Shown here: piece after piece, positions 6,949-17,445 of the stretch
Position numbering within the stretch: position 1 is the stretch's first letter
Layout: each line of letters begins with the position of its first letter
Assembly: GCA_048416615.1 (NCBI GenBank)
Contig: DBFSET010000008.1
Coordinates: 48,206-112,205, forward strand
Reading direction: 5' to 3'
Source: Collinsella sp.
GTDB lineage: Bacteria > Actinomycetota > Coriobacteriia > Coriobacteriales > Coriobacteriaceae
Length of the DNA stretch: 64,000 bases
Made by a program: the position numbers and the translations under genes
The notes under the pieces: generated by a model
The model's database searches: none
The model's input: the letters and a program-made list of their open reading frames with translations, nothing else
What the model was told of the DNA's origin: nothing

Positions 6949-9726
6949 CTACCCGCGGTGACGGGCGCGGCTGTACGGCGTATCCACCATGGGCAGATCT
7001 GGACGCAGCTTGCCGTCAAACGCGCGGTAGGCGTTCTGTACGGCGGGCGCCGTGGGGATCGTTGCGATCTCGCCGATGCCCTTGCCGCCGTATGCCACGG
7101 GCAGCAGCTCGTCCTTTTCCACGTAGATGGCATGGATATCCGGAATCTCGGGCGCACGGAACAGCCCGAGCGTGCCGTACCTGGCCTGGGGTACGCAGTC
7201 CTTGAGCGGCCAGTCCTCGGTAAGCGCATAGCCCATACCCATGAGCACGCCGCCTTCGATCTGGCCCTGGATGGAGATGGGGTTGACCACCTTGCCGGAA
7301 TCGTGCGCAGCATAGACCTCGCTCACGCGGCCGTCATCGTCCAGAATGACCACATGCGTGGCAAACCCGTAGCAGATGTGGCTCTTGGGGTTGGGCACGT
7401 CGGCGCCCAGCTTGTCGGTCGGCTCCAGATACACATAGCCAAACTCGCATCCCTCGAGCGCCTTGATGGCGGCCGCAGGATCCTGAGGATACATGCCCTG
7501 GCCGGCGACGAGCTCCTGAGTGCGCAGCTGATAGGCGCGGCCGTCGTCATACTCGATCTTGACGCCGTCGCCGTGCGCGCTCACGGGAGCGGCGGGCGCA
7601 GGCTTGCCAGCCTCGACGTCAAGCATGGCATCGCGCAGCAGGAAGGCGGCACCGCGTACGGCCTCGCCGGTCACGACCGTCTGACGCGAGCCAGACGTAG
7701 TGCCGGAGTCGGGAGCGTTCTCGGTGGAACACTCGCCGTTGGCGATGCAGCGAAGCGGCAGACCGCAGGCCTCGGCAACGTCTTGCAAAAAGACGGTGTT
7801 GCAGCCCTGGCCGATGTCGGACGTGGCGGCATAGACCACGGCCACGCCGTTCTCGATGCGAATCTTGCAGCGGCCGGCATCGGGCAGGCCCACGCCCACG
7901 CCGGCGTTCTTCATGGCGCAGGCGATGCCGGCGTGGCCGGGATGCGCGTAGTAGGCATCCTTGACCTCGAGCAGCGTCTCCTTAAGCGCCGTGGAGCAAT
8001 CGGCAATCTGGCCGTTGGGCAGAACCTCGCCCGGCTCGATGGCGTTTCGGTAACGAATCTCCCACGGATCCAGGCCGACCTTCTCTGCCAGCAAGTCGAT
8101 CAGGCTCTCGAGCGCAAACTCGGACTGGCAAACGCCAAAGCCGCGGTACGCGCCCGCGGGCGGGTTGTTGGTGTAGTAGCCAAAGCCGCGAATGTCGGTG
8201 TTCTGGTACTTGTAGGGGCCGACGGCATGCGTACAGGCGCGCTCGAGCACCGGGCCGCACAGCGACGCGTAGGCGCCGGTGTCAAAGTTGATCTCGCAGT
8301 CCAGGCCGGTAAAGTTGCCCTCGGCGTCGCAGCCCAGTGTAAAGGTGCCGTCCATGGCGTGGCGCTTGGGATGAAACGCGAGCGACTCGGCGCGCGTGAG
8401 CTTGCACTTCACAGGACGCTGGAACTTATATGCGGCGAGCGCGGCCAGGTGCTGGATGGACACGTCCTCCTTGCCGCCAAAACCGCCGCCCACGAGCATA
8501 GTCTCGACGACCACACGCTCGGGTTCGCTATCCCAGCCAAACATGTGAGCGCACTCTTTACGCGTGTCGTAGGCGCCCTGGTCGGTCGACTGCACCTTGA
8601 CGCCGTTCTTGTACGGGAAGGCGACGGCGCACTCGGGCTCCAAGAAGGCATGCTCGGTAAAGGGCGTGGTAAAACGCTGCGTCACGGTGAACGCGCTCTC
8701 CGCCAGCGCCTTGGCGGCGTCGCCGCGCGTCACGTGACGGCTCTGGCACACGTTGTCCTTGAGCTCCACCGTGTTGCCAAAGGCAAAGAAGCTATCGTGC
8801 AGGCGCGGGGCGTCGGCAGCCCTGGCCTCGGCGATGTTGCGCACGGGCTCCAGCGGCTCGTAATCAATCTTGACGAGCTTCTTGGCCTTCTCGAGCGTCG
8901 CCTCGTCCTCGGCGACCACCAGCACAATGGCATCGCCCACGCAGCGGGTGATGTCGCCCTGGGCGATCATGACGTCCCAGTCCTGGATAAGGTGGCCGAC
9001 CTGGTTGACCGGCACGTCCTCGGCGCGCAGGATGCCCACCACGCCGGGCAGGGCCTCGGCCTTGGAGGTATCGATGGAGAGCACGCGGGCGCGCGGATAC
9101 TTGGAGCGCACGGCACTGGCATAGGTCAGGCCCGGCTGATCGAGCTCGTCGATGTCGTCGGGATACTTGCCCTCGCCGAGAACCTTCTTGCGCACGTCGA
9201 TACGGAAGGCGCGCTTGCCCACGCCGTAGTCATCACCGCGCTCCAGGCCCTCGTCGATCTGCTTTTCGCCGCGGAGCACCGCGGCCGCCAGCGAAATGCC
9301 CTCGATGATCTTCTTGTAGCCGGTGCAGCGGCAGACGTTGCCGCGGATGGCGTACTTGATCTGCTCCTCGGTGGGCTCGGGGTCCTCGGCGATGAGCGCC
9401 GCACCCGCCATGACCATGCCGGGGATGCAAAAGCCGCACTGCACGGCGCCCACGGCGCCAAAGGCGTACACAAAGGCCTCGCGCACGTCCTCGGGCAGGC
9501 CCTCGACGGTCACGATGTTGCGGCCGGCGGCAAGAGCGGTGGTCAGTACGCAGGCCTTCACAGCCGCACCGTCCACGTGGATGGTGCAGGTGCCGCACGC
9601 GCCCTCGGAGCAGCCGTCCTTGGCGGAGTGAATGTGCAGGTCGTCGCGCAGGTAGCGCAGCAGCGGTTTATTTTGGGTCGTCGTGCGCTCGACGCCGTTA
9701 ACGGTAAAAGTGAATTCCTGTGCCAT
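6949..9726 (-). CDS. xdhD: molybdopterin-dependent hydroxylase, fused [2Fe-2S] and Moco-binding subunits (XdhD-like xanthine dehydrogenase family)
   Basis: 925 aa. Two [2Fe-2S] motifs (CSEGACGTCTIHVDG; CGFCIPGMVMA...CRCTGYKKI) are fused to an aldehyde oxidase/xanthine dehydrogenase body (GGGFGGKE). Synteny with ygfK and ssnA as in E. coli. Confidence 0.85.
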   Translation of the reverse strand: MAQEFTFTVNGVERTTTQNKPLLRYLRDDLHIHSAKDGCSEGACGTCTIHVDGAAVKACVLTTALAAGRNIVTVEGLPEDVREAFVYAFGAVGAVQCGFCIPGMVMAGAALIAEDPEPTEEQIKYAIRGNVCRCTGYKKIIEGISLAAAVLRGEKQIDEGLERGDDYGVGKRAFRIDVRKKVLGEGKYPDDIDELDQPGLTYASAVRSKYPRARVLSIDTSKAEALPGVVGILRAEDVPVNQVGHLIQDWDVMIAQGDITRCVGDAIVLVVAEDEATLEKAKKLVKIDYEPLEPVRNIAEARAADAPRLHDSFFAFGNTVELKDNVCQSRHVTRGDAAKALAESAFTVTQRFTTPFTEHAFLEPECAVAFPYKNGVKVQSTDQGAYDTRKECAHMFGWDSEPERVVVETMLVGGGFGGKEDVSIQHLAALAAYKFQRPVKCKLTRAESLAFHPKRHAMDGTFTLGCDAEGNFTGLDCEINFDTGAYASLCGPVLERACTHAVGPYKYQNTDIRGFGYYTNNPPAGAYRGFGVCQSEFALESLIDLLAEKVGLDPWEIRYRNAIEPGEVLPNGQIADCSTALKETLLEVKDAYYAHPGHAGIACAMKNAGVGVGLPDAGRCKIRIENGVAVVYAATSDIGQGCNTVFLQDVAEACGLPLRCIANGECSTENAPDSGTTSGSRQTVVTGEAVRGAAFLLRDAMLDVEAGKPAPAAPVSAHGDGVKIEYDDGRAYQLRTQELVAGQGMYPQDPAAAIKALEGCEFGYVYLEPTDKLGADVPNPKSHICYGFATHVVILDDDGRVSEVYAAHDSGKVVNPISIQGQIEGGVLMGMGYALTEDWPLKDCVPQARYGTLGLFRAPEIPDIHAIYVEKDELLPVAYGGKGIGEIATIPTAPAVQNAYRAFDGKLRPDLPMVDTPYSRARHRG

Positions 9727-9738
9727 GGTGATTCCCTT

Positions 9739-10218
9739 CTACACGCCGGCGGCGATGCCGGTGCGGTCGTGGATGGCGCCATGCGGGCACACAACCGCAC
9801 ACATGCCGCACGACAGGCAATCCGCGCCATCGATATGGGCGCAGTTGTCCTCGATGCGGATAGCGCCGGCGGGGCACTTTTTAGCGCACATTCCGCAACC
9901 GATGCAGCTCGTGTCGCAGATCTTGCGGGCAATGGCGCCCTTATCCGTGTTGTTGCAGCGCACCAGGATGTTCTGGTAGCCGGGAACGAAGGCAATCACG
10001 CGCTGCGGGCACGCCATGCCGCACAGGCCACAGCCCGTGCACTTGGAGCGGTCCACGCGGGCGACGCCGTCGCCCAGTACGATGGCACCGTGGGGGCAGG
10101 CCGCGACACAGGCACCACAGCCAATGCAGCCTTCGCTGCAGCGGGCGTCGCCGCCTGCGGAAGCACAGCCGCTTCCGCAGGCAACGTAGGCCACGTTATG
10201 TTGAATGGATTTGGCCAT
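9739..10218 (-). CDS. 4Fe-4S ferredoxin-type protein with four cluster motifs
   Basis: 159 aa with CIGCGACVAACP, CTGCGLCGMACP, CIGCGMCAKKCP and CLSCGMCAVVCP. Confidence 0.9.
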   Translation of the reverse strand: MAKSIQHNVAYVACGSGCASAGGDARCSEGCIGCGACVAACPHGAIVLGDGVARVDRSKCTGCGLCGMACPQRVIAFVPGYQNILVRCNNTDKGAIARKICDTSCIGCGMCAKKCPAGAIRIEDNCAHIDGADCLSCGMCAVVCPHGAIHDRTGIAAGV

Positions 10219-10229
10219 AAGAGACTCGC

Positions 10230-13229
10230 CTATTTCTTAAGAAGGTACGAATAGTTGTCGCGCACAGCCCTGATGGTCAGGCGGACGGCCTCGGGAAGAC
10301 CGGTGTTGACGGCATCGACCGAGACGGTGCGGACCGTGCCGGCGACGCGGACCTTAAAGTGATCCTCGTCCACGGCCAGGAAGCCCTCGTTCTCGGAGTT
10401 CTCCATGTCCTCCTCGCTCCAGAACAGGGTGAGCTTGTCCTTGTAGGGACGACCCTCCTGGTAGGGGCAGAACACGGCGCAGTTGCCGCACTCGTTGCAC
10501 ATGCCATCGACATGAACGACCTGATGCTTGGCCAGGCCCGGCACCTTAATGGCAACGTTGGCGCGGTTGGGGCACACGTCGCAGCAGACCTCGCACACCG
10601 AGCCGCAGCCCAGGCAGCGGGTCTTGGTGCAGTTGCGCTTGTCGCGGCACAGCGACCCCTTGCGCTCGTAGCAGGTGTCCTCGCGGCCGGCCTGCTCGTT
10701 GCATTCGGCGTACTTGTTAAAGTCCACGCCGGCGATGGCGCGGGCGACCTCGGCGGCGTCGGCAATAGCCTCAACCACGGTGGCAGGACCGCGACGGCAG
10801 TCGCCTGCAGCCCAGACGCCCTCAACACCGGTGGAGGTGGCGGCAAGACGGCCGCGACGGTCGTGCTCGACGCCCGCGGCGTCGTACAGGCTGACGTCGA
10901 TGCCCTCGCCCACGGCGCAGATCACCGTGGTGGCGGGAAGCTCGACGGTCTCGCCCGTGGCGACGGGGCTGCGACGGCCGCTTGCATCCGGCTCGCCAAG
11001 CTCCATAACGTCGCAGGTCAGCACGGCGCCGTTGAGCGCCTTAGGCGCCAGCAGCTCGCAGAACTCAACGCCGTCGGCAAGAGCAAGATCGAGCTCTTCC
11101 TCGTCGGCGGGCATCTGCTTCTTGGTGCGGCGATACACCAGGCGCACGTTCTTCACACCAGCCAGGCGCTTGGCCACGCGAGCCGCGTCCATGGCGGTGT
11201 TGCCGGCGCCAATGACTACGACGTCCTCGCCCAGCTCGAGCTTCTCGCCCTTCTTGGCGGCCTCGAGGAACTCCAGCACGTCAAGCTCGGCGCCCTCGCC
11301 TAAGCCTGCAGAACCGGGCATCCAGGCACCGGTGGCCACGACCACGTCGGTGAAGCCCTGGGCCTTGAGATCGTCGATGGACTCCACGCGGGCGTTGAGC
11401 TGAACCTTGGCGCCAAAGGCAAGGCAGAGCTCGGCGTCGTGGGAGATATCGTCGCTGGCGATACGGAACTCGGGGATCACGTGACGGACCACGCCGCCGA
11501 GCGAATCGCGGGCCTCAAAGATGGTGACGGGCACGCCGGCGCGCGTCAGGAAGAACGCCGTCGCCAGACCGGCCGGGCCGCCGCCGATAACGGCAACGTT
11601 GCGCTCGCCGTCGTTGGCGATGGCCTGGGCGCGCAGCTTGGGCAGCACGGCGGTCATGGCCTCGCGGGCGGCCTTGAGCTTGCTGGCGCGGATCTGGGCA
11701 CCCTCGGGCTCGTAGAACGCACGCTCACAGGCACGACCGCAGGGATGCGGGCAGATGGTGCCGGTAATGAACGGCAGGGCGTTGCGCTCGATGATGATGT
11801 TGAGCGCATCCTCGTAGCGGCCCTCGTCAACAGCCGCCAGGTAGGCGGGAATATCCTGCTGGATGGGGCAGCTCGTGCGGCACGGCGTGGTAAAGCAGTC
11901 GGAAAGCGGACTCTTGCCGGCGACCTTGCGGTCGGGCAGCGGGCGCAACGGCTTCTTGTAGAGCGAGTTGGTGAGCGAATCGGCCTGGATCGCGGTTACG
12001 GCCTCGAGCGAGACACCCGCGAACGGCTTGCCATCCAGGTCGGTAAACTCGCCGGCCATCTGACTAAAGCGCTCGTAGCCACCGGGCTTGAGCACGTCGG
12101 TCGCCAGGGTAACGGGCCAAATGCCGGCATCGTACAGGGCGCGGATGTTGTAGACCGTGGCGCCGCCGGAGTAGCTGATGCGCAGCTTGCCATCAAACTG
12201 CTCGGCAATGCGACGGGCGGCCTCGATGGTCAGCGAGAACAGCGAACGGCCGGACATGTACATCTCGGTGGAAGGCAGCTCGTTCCTCGTCACGTCGACG
12301 GGGAAGGTATTGGTCAGCTTGACGCCAAACTCCAGGCCGCGCTCGGCGCACAGGGCAATCAGGCGCTCGAACATGGGCACGGCGTCGGCCCACTGCAGGT
12401 CCTCGCGGAAGTGCGTGTCATCGAAGACGATGTAGTCAAAGCCCAGCTCGTTCAGACGCTGGCGGGCAAACTCATAGCCCAGTAGCGTGGGGTTGCACTT
12501 GATGTAGGTGTTGAGGCCCTTCTCGGTGATCAGATAGGTCGCGATGCGCTCGATCTCCGCCGGCGGGCAGCCATGCAGCGTGGACTCGGTAATGGAGTTG
12601 GAGACGCGCGCCGGGATGGATTCGACAAATGCGGCGTCGACATGCTCAAACTTGTCAAGGTTAGCGAGCGCCCACGTGCGGCACTCGTTCCAAACCTCGG
12701 AGCCGCTGGCGTCCTTCATGCCCTCGATGTAGGCGTCGACCTTGGGGCTCTTGATGCCCTCGAGGTCATAGCCCACGGACATGTTAAAGACAAAACCGTC
12801 CGGGCTGCCCAGGCCGTACTCGCGAGCGATCAGGTGGCAGGCAAACCATGCCTTCACGTACTCGGCAAAAGCCTGCGGAACCTCGAGCTCGGTCGACCAC
12901 TCGCAGTTGTAGCACTCGTCCTGCGCCACAATGCAGGGCTTGTTGACGCACTTGGAGAGCTCCTCGCCGTCCATAACCTGAACGGTCTTGAGCTCAAAGA
13001 AGCGGGAACCGGCCACGTAGGATGCCACGATGTTTTGGGCAAGCTGCGTATTGGGACCGGCGGCCGGGCCAAACGGAGTCTCGATGCGCTCGTCAAAAAT
13101 GGGAAGCGCGCCCTCCTGGTTGGTCGTGACCATCTTGCGCACGCCAAAGACGGCGCCCTGGGTCTTGTGCTCCTCGATGATCCAGTTCATCAGCTGCGAA
13201 AACGGGATCGGCCTCATGATGTCGCTCAT
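10230..13229 (-). CDS. ygfK: YgfK-like oxidoreductase ('putative selenate reductase subunit YgfK' family): DPD-like barrel + GltD-like flavin/NAD(P) domain + Fe-S
   Basis: The ORF track starts at 13352. I start at Met42 (MSDIMRPIPFSQLMNW) with GAGGAG 6 nt upstream. This matches the E. coli YgfK N-terminus (MGDIMRPIPF, from memory). Dinucleotide folds VAVIGGGPAGLATAF and VVVIGAGNTAMDAARVA; C-terminal Cys clusters. Confidence 0.85.
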   Translation of the reverse strand: MSDIMRPIPFSQLMNWIIEEHKTQGAVFGVRKMVTTNQEGALPIFDERIETPFGPAAGPNTQLAQNIVASYVAGSRFFELKTVQVMDGEELSKCVNKPCIVAQDECYNCEWSTELEVPQAFAEYVKAWFACHLIAREYGLGSPDGFVFNMSVGYDLEGIKSPKVDAYIEGMKDASGSEVWNECRTWALANLDKFEHVDAAFVESIPARVSNSITESTLHGCPPAEIERIATYLITEKGLNTYIKCNPTLLGYEFARQRLNELGFDYIVFDDTHFREDLQWADAVPMFERLIALCAERGLEFGVKLTNTFPVDVTRNELPSTEMYMSGRSLFSLTIEAARRIAEQFDGKLRISYSGGATVYNIRALYDAGIWPVTLATDVLKPGGYERFSQMAGEFTDLDGKPFAGVSLEAVTAIQADSLTNSLYKKPLRPLPDRKVAGKSPLSDCFTTPCRTSCPIQQDIPAYLAAVDEGRYEDALNIIIERNALPFITGTICPHPCGRACERAFYEPEGAQIRASKLKAAREAMTAVLPKLRAQAIANDGERNVAVIGGGPAGLATAFFLTRAGVPVTIFEARDSLGGVVRHVIPEFRIASDDISHDAELCLAFGAKVQLNARVESIDDLKAQGFTDVVVATGAWMPGSAGLGEGAELDVLEFLEAAKKGEKLELGEDVVVIGAGNTAMDAARVAKRLAGVKNVRLVYRRTKKQMPADEEELDLALADGVEFCELLAPKALNGAVLTCDVMELGEPDASGRRSPVATGETVELPATTVICAVGEGIDVSLYDAAGVEHDRRGRLAATSTGVEGVWAAGDCRRGPATVVEAIADAAEVARAIAGVDFNKYAECNEQAGREDTCYERKGSLCRDKRNCTKTRCLGCGSVCEVCCDVCPNRANVAIKVPGLAKHQVVHVDGMCNECGNCAVFCPYQEGRPYKDKLTLFWSEEDMENSENEGFLAVDEDHFKVRVAGTVRTVSVDAVNTGLPEAVRLTIRAVRDNYSYLLKK

Positions 13230-13378
13230 AATGAGCTCCTCTCTGTAACGCCCGGCGAGACCGCGCGACGGGCGCAAATACGGTGTAGCGCTAGCACAGC
13301 GCCGGCGACCCCGCGGAGGTCGCCTATACGCGCGTCGGATGCGGCGAAACATCCGACGCGCGTGAATCTACTTGTGAA

Positions 13379-14734
13379 TTAGTAGGTGCGATCGTTGAGC
13401 GTGCTCCAGAGCTTCTTGGACTCAGCCATGGTCCACGCGTTGATCTTGTCCTCATCAATCCCAACGAACTCGCGATCCTTGTACAGGACGCGGCCGTTGA
13501 TAATGGTGGTGCGGCAGTTTTTGCCCATCATGCCAAAGAGCATGTGGCCGTCGATGTTCTCCTCGCTCAGCGGCGTAAAGGGCTTGTAGTCCATAACGAT
13601 AACGTCGGCGGCAGCGCCGGCCTCGAGCACACCAAGCTTGCGATCGAAGTACTTGCTCGCCATCTTGGCGTTGTTCTCAAACAGCATCGTCATGGCCTCG
13701 CACCAGCCCACGTTGAGCATGGCAGCGTTGTGGCGCTGAATGATCAGGAAGACCTTAAGGCTCTCGAGCATATCGTGGGTGTAGGCGTCGGTACCCATGC
13801 ACACGGGGATGCCGCGGCGGAAGAACTCGAGCACGGGGGCGCAGCCCACGGCGTTGCCCATATTGGATTCGGGGTTGTTGACCAGCCAGGTGCCGGACTC
13901 CTTGACGATATCCATCTCGGCAGGCGTCACGTGGATGCAGTGGCCCAGCATGGTGTCGGGACCAAGCAGGTTGTGCTGCAGCAGGCGCTCGACGGGGCTG
14001 ATGCCACCGCGGTTGAGGCGGGAGTCCCACACGTCATTCATGCCCTCGCACACATGGATGTGGAAGCCGGTCAGGCCGTTGTTGGCCTCGGCCATCTTGT
14101 CCATGGTCTCGTCCGACAGCGTAAAGGTGGCATGCCCGCCAAACATGGCAGCGATCATGTGGTTGTCGTTATCGCGACGCTCCTTGGCGGCCCACTGGGC
14201 AAATTCGGCGTTCTCGGCAATGGCCTGGTCGCATTTTTCCTGGCCACGGCGATCGGAAACCTCGTAGCACAGGCACGAACGCATGCCCAGCTCCTGAGCC
14301 GCATCCTTAATGGTAAAGAGGCTTCCCGGGATCTCACAGAAGCTCGCGTGATGATCGAAGATCGTAGTGACGCCATCGCGGATGGAGTCCAGAATCGTGG
14401 CATAGGCGCTGGCCTTGGTGCCGTCGAGCGTCAGGTTGTCGTCGATCTTCCACCACTGCTGCTCAAGATTCTCCAGGAAGTTGGTGGGGTTGCAGCCCTT
14501 AATGGCAAGGCCGCGGGCCAGACCCGAGTAGATGTGGGTGTGGCAGTTGATGAGTCCAGGCATGATGAGGTTGCCCTGGGCATCGACGTACTCGGCATCC
14601 GGGTACTTGGCCTTGAGCTCTCGCTCGGGGCCCACTTCGACGATCGTATCTCCGTCAATGGCGACCGCACCGTTTGGAATGAACGGGGTCTGAGCGTTGC
14701 GGGTAAAAACGGAACCGTTAGCGACCAGAAGCAT
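13379..14734 (-). CDS. ssnA: SsnA-like metal-dependent amidohydrolase
   Basis: Start at Met7 of the ORF-track protein (GAAGGGAG 5 nt upstream). HxH motif NCHTHIYSG. About 451 aa. Adjacent to ygfK as in E. coli. Confidence 0.8.
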   Translation of the reverse strand: MLLVANGSVFTRNAQTPFIPNGAVAIDGDTIVEVGPERELKAKYPDAEYVDAQGNLIMPGLINCHTHIYSGLARGLAIKGCNPTNFLENLEQQWWKIDDNLTLDGTKASAYATILDSIRDGVTTIFDHHASFCEIPGSLFTIKDAAQELGMRSCLCYEVSDRRGQEKCDQAIAENAEFAQWAAKERRDNDNHMIAAMFGGHATFTLSDETMDKMAEANNGLTGFHIHVCEGMNDVWDSRLNRGGISPVERLLQHNLLGPDTMLGHCIHVTPAEMDIVKESGTWLVNNPESNMGNAVGCAPVLEFFRRGIPVCMGTDAYTHDMLESLKVFLIIQRHNAAMLNVGWCEAMTMLFENNAKMASKYFDRKLGVLEAGAAADVIVMDYKPFTPLSEENIDGHMLFGMMGKNCRTTIINGRVLYKDREFVGIDEDKINAWTMAESKKLWSTLNDRTY

Positions 14735-14929
14735 GGATGCTCCCTTCAACATCAGAGGCGGGGTTTGACACCTCTGACATGGCGGAGTGCGAAGCGCCGG
14801 CCTACACCGGAAACGGGCCCTCTCCCGTCAACGCTTCACCAAAGGGACAAACCCTTTGAAGTGCGGCTTGGCGCCGCATGGCGTCGGCAGACGAGGCGAT
14901 GCGTCCGCCGACGAATAGCACCGAATTGG

Positions 14930-16324
14930 TTACTTCTTGCTCTCGGGCAAGACCAGATCCACGGCAGCGTCCTTGGCAGCATCGATGTGCTGAGCCACGA
15001 CCGGCGTCTGCGGAAGGATCAGGTTAAGGACAATGGCCATGATGGCGGTGGGGGTTACGGCATTGGAGCCGATGACGGTGGACACCCAGGCGGGCATACC
15101 CTCGCCGGCAAGGCAACCGCTGGCCATCCAGATACCCAGGCCAAAGACGACGGAGGTGCCGACGATAGTGGTAGTGCGCTGCGTGAGGCCCTCGCGGGTG
15201 AACATGCGCACGCCGTTCATGGTGATGGTGCCAAAGACGCCGACGGTCGCGCCGCCGATGACGGGCTGCGGGATAGCGGAAAGGACGGCAGAGAGCTGCG
15301 GGAACAGGCCGGCGATGGCAAAGACGGCCGCGATGATCACAAAGACCCACTTGTTGACGACCTTGTTGGAGCAGATGATGCCCACGTTCTGGCCAAGGGC
15401 GCTGGTGGGAAGACCGCCCAGCAGGCCGCCGACCATAGAGGTGAGGCCCTGGGACACGATGGCGCCGGAGAGCTCGCGCTCGGTGGGCATACGGTCGATG
15501 GAACCAAGGCAGGCAGCGGAGACGTCGCCGATAACCTGGATGGCGACCATGGGGAACACGACGGCGAGGGTAATGCAGACCTCGGGATCAAACTCGAGCG
15601 CGTAGGGCATGAGCTTGGGAAGGGCGAAGACCTGAGCGGTGGCGACGCTGGAGAAGTCGATCATGCCAAAGGGGATGGAGACGATCATGCCAACGATCAT
15701 GCCAAAGAACACGGATCCCAGCTTGAGCGTGCCCTTGCCAAAGTTGGCGAGCGCAAAGACCACGGCGAAGGTGATAAGAGCAACGCACCAGGCCTGCGGG
15801 GTGCCCCACAGCGGCGTACCCATACCGCCGGCCATATACTTGACGGCCGTGGGATACAGCGAAACGCCGATGGAGAAGATGACCGTACCGGTCACGACGG
15901 GCGGGAACAGCCACTTGATCTTGCTGTAGGCCAGACCAAAGAGGACCGCGACGGCGCCGCCGACGATCTCGCCACCCAGCAGCGCACCAAAGCTAAAGCC
16001 CGAGGCACCCATGGCCTGCAGGGCCGGCAGGAACGCGAACGAAACGCCCATGACGATGGGCAGGCCGCCGCCGATGCGACGGAAGGGAGCGAAGGCCTGA
16101 AGGGCCGTATCGATCGCCGAAAGAATGAGGGCGACCTGGATGATGTCGGTGCTCTGCTGGCTATTAAAGCCGTAGACGCCGGCCATGATGACCGCCGGGG
16201 TAATGATGCCGGCAAACGATGCCAGTACGTGCTGAAGGGCACACGGGATCATTTCCTTAACGGGAGGCATGCCTTCGCGAGTGAACAGGGCTTCAGTGCC
16301 GTTCGTAACCGTCTCCTGGGTCAT
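14930..16324 (-). CDS. nucleobase:cation symporter-2 (xanthine/uracil/urate permease) family transporter
   Basis: 464 aa and highly hydrophobic, with many Gly-rich TM segments typical of NCS2 permeases. Sits in a purine-catabolic neighbourhood. Confidence 0.85.
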   Translation of the reverse strand: MTQETVTNGTEALFTREGMPPVKEMIPCALQHVLASFAGIITPAVIMAGVYGFNSQQSTDIIQVALILSAIDTALQAFAPFRRIGGGLPIVMGVSFAFLPALQAMGASGFSFGALLGGEIVGGAVAVLFGLAYSKIKWLFPPVVTGTVIFSIGVSLYPTAVKYMAGGMGTPLWGTPQAWCVALITFAVVFALANFGKGTLKLGSVFFGMIVGMIVSIPFGMIDFSSVATAQVFALPKLMPYALEFDPEVCITLAVVFPMVAIQVIGDVSAACLGSIDRMPTERELSGAIVSQGLTSMVGGLLGGLPTSALGQNVGIICSNKVVNKWVFVIIAAVFAIAGLFPQLSAVLSAIPQPVIGGATVGVFGTITMNGVRMFTREGLTQRTTTIVGTSVVFGLGIWMASGCLAGEGMPAWVSTVIGSNAVTPTAIMAIVLNLILPQTPVVAQHIDAAKDAAVDLVLPESKK

Positions 16325-16676
16325 TTGACCACCAATCCTCGAAGTAGTTGTTTTCGCATCTAACGCTCTATTGTGACGCAGTGCGGGGTTGAGGTTGTGC
16401 CTTCATTGCATATCGTATTAAAGATGATTCTCATTCTCAATAATAATTTTTTGTTATCAGACTATTCTTCAGCTGAAATAACGCATTTCCGCAGGTCAGG
16501 AAAGTGTCTGGTCAAAATAGCATCTAACTTTTCTTTTGGTCAACCGTTTACCGCTAAATTCCTACCGTTCGTCTGCATTACGCAATGTACCTGCGGATAT
16601 ACGAGATGATGGGCAGCGTGTTACCATGAGAAAAAATTGTTATGAACATTTCCGATTTCACCCAAAGGAGTTGCCC

Positions 16677-17333
16677 GTGAACGAGACCGTACGTCGCTTT
16701 TTGCCGATGGTCGATTTTCTGGAGCAGATACTCGGCAAAAACAGCGAAATCGTGCTGCACGATTTCTCGGATCCCGACCACGCCATCGTTGATATTCGCA
16801 ACGGCATCGTGAGCGGCCGCAAGGTCGGCGGTCCCGCCACCGATCTGGCACTCAAGATCATGCACGACGCCAAGTATCGCGACCTGCCGTTTATTACGGG
16901 CTACGAGGGGCGCGGTGCCGGCGGCAAGACGTTGGAGTCAGCGACGTACTTTATCCGCGAGAATGACGAGATCGTCGGTATGCTCTGCGTTAACACCGAC
17001 CTCTCGACTGTGCGCTCCATCAACGCCATGGCGCAGCAGCTCATGGCGTGCTTCGACGCGGCGCCGACGCGCACGGAGCCCGCCCCTATCGAGGTCGAAA
17101 GCCTTTCGGAGTCTACACAGGAGCTCATCGACCGCAGCATTGCCGAGTTGCTGAGCGCGCGCGGGCTGGATGTAGCGTCGCTTGGTCAGAGCGACCGCGT
17201 GGACGTCATTCGCCACCTCAACGGTAACGGGGTGTTCATGCTCAAGGGCGCCGTGGCCTGCGCCGCCGCCGCGCTGGGCATCTCTGAGCCCAGCGTCTAC
17301 CGCTACCTGCAAAAAGTCCGCAAGGAAGGCTAA
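16677..17333 (+). CDS. YheO-like PAS domain / HTH transcriptional regulator
   Basis: The ORF track starts at TTG 16536. I prefer GTG 16677 (AAGGAG 6 nt upstream), with ATG 16626 as the alternative. The N-terminus LPMVDFLEQILGKNSEIVLHDFSD...IVDIRNGIVSGRKVGGPATDLALKIM is typical of the YheO-like PAS domain. C-terminal HTH (AAALGISEPSVYRYLQKV). Confidence 0.8.
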   Translation: MNETVRRFLPMVDFLEQILGKNSEIVLHDFSDPDHAIVDIRNGIVSGRKVGGPATDLALKIMHDAKYRDLPFITGYEGRGAGGKTLESATYFIRENDEIVGMLCVNTDLSTVRSINAMAQQLMACFDAAPTRTEPAPIEVESLSESTQELIDRSIAELLSARGLDVASLGQSDRVDVIRHLNGNGVFMLKGAVACAAAALGISEPSVYRYLQKVRKEG

Positions 17334-17377
17334 CGAGCAAAATGGAGTGCGGCTCCACAAGCGATCCGTCACTTGAT

Positions 17378-17417
17378 AAAAGACCCTGCAGCTCGCACGC
17401 GCTGCAGGGTCTTTTTG
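17378..17417. terminator. bidirectional intrinsic terminator between convergent yheO-like and ridA genes
   Basis: AAAAGACCCTGCAGC-tcgcacgc-GCTGCAGGGTCTTTTT: a perfect 12-bp stem flanked by an A-run and a T-run. Confidence 0.85.
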
Positions 17418-17445
17418 CATGTCATGTTTAGTTGTGGCCAACGCC

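Noticed and set aside
6949-9726. Selenocysteine (in-frame TGA) in the XdhD-like hydroxylase or its neighbours, given the link of this family to selenium-dependent Mo enzymes.
   Set aside because: All ORFs in the cluster are uninterrupted from start to stop. There is no in-frame TGA followed by a continuing conserved frame.
16325-16676. Possible purine riboswitch in the divergent region upstream of the NCS2 permease.
   Set aside because: Reading both strands, I could not find the conserved three-way-junction core of guanine/adenine riboswitches. Without cmsearch I cannot exclude other classes, so nothing is reported.
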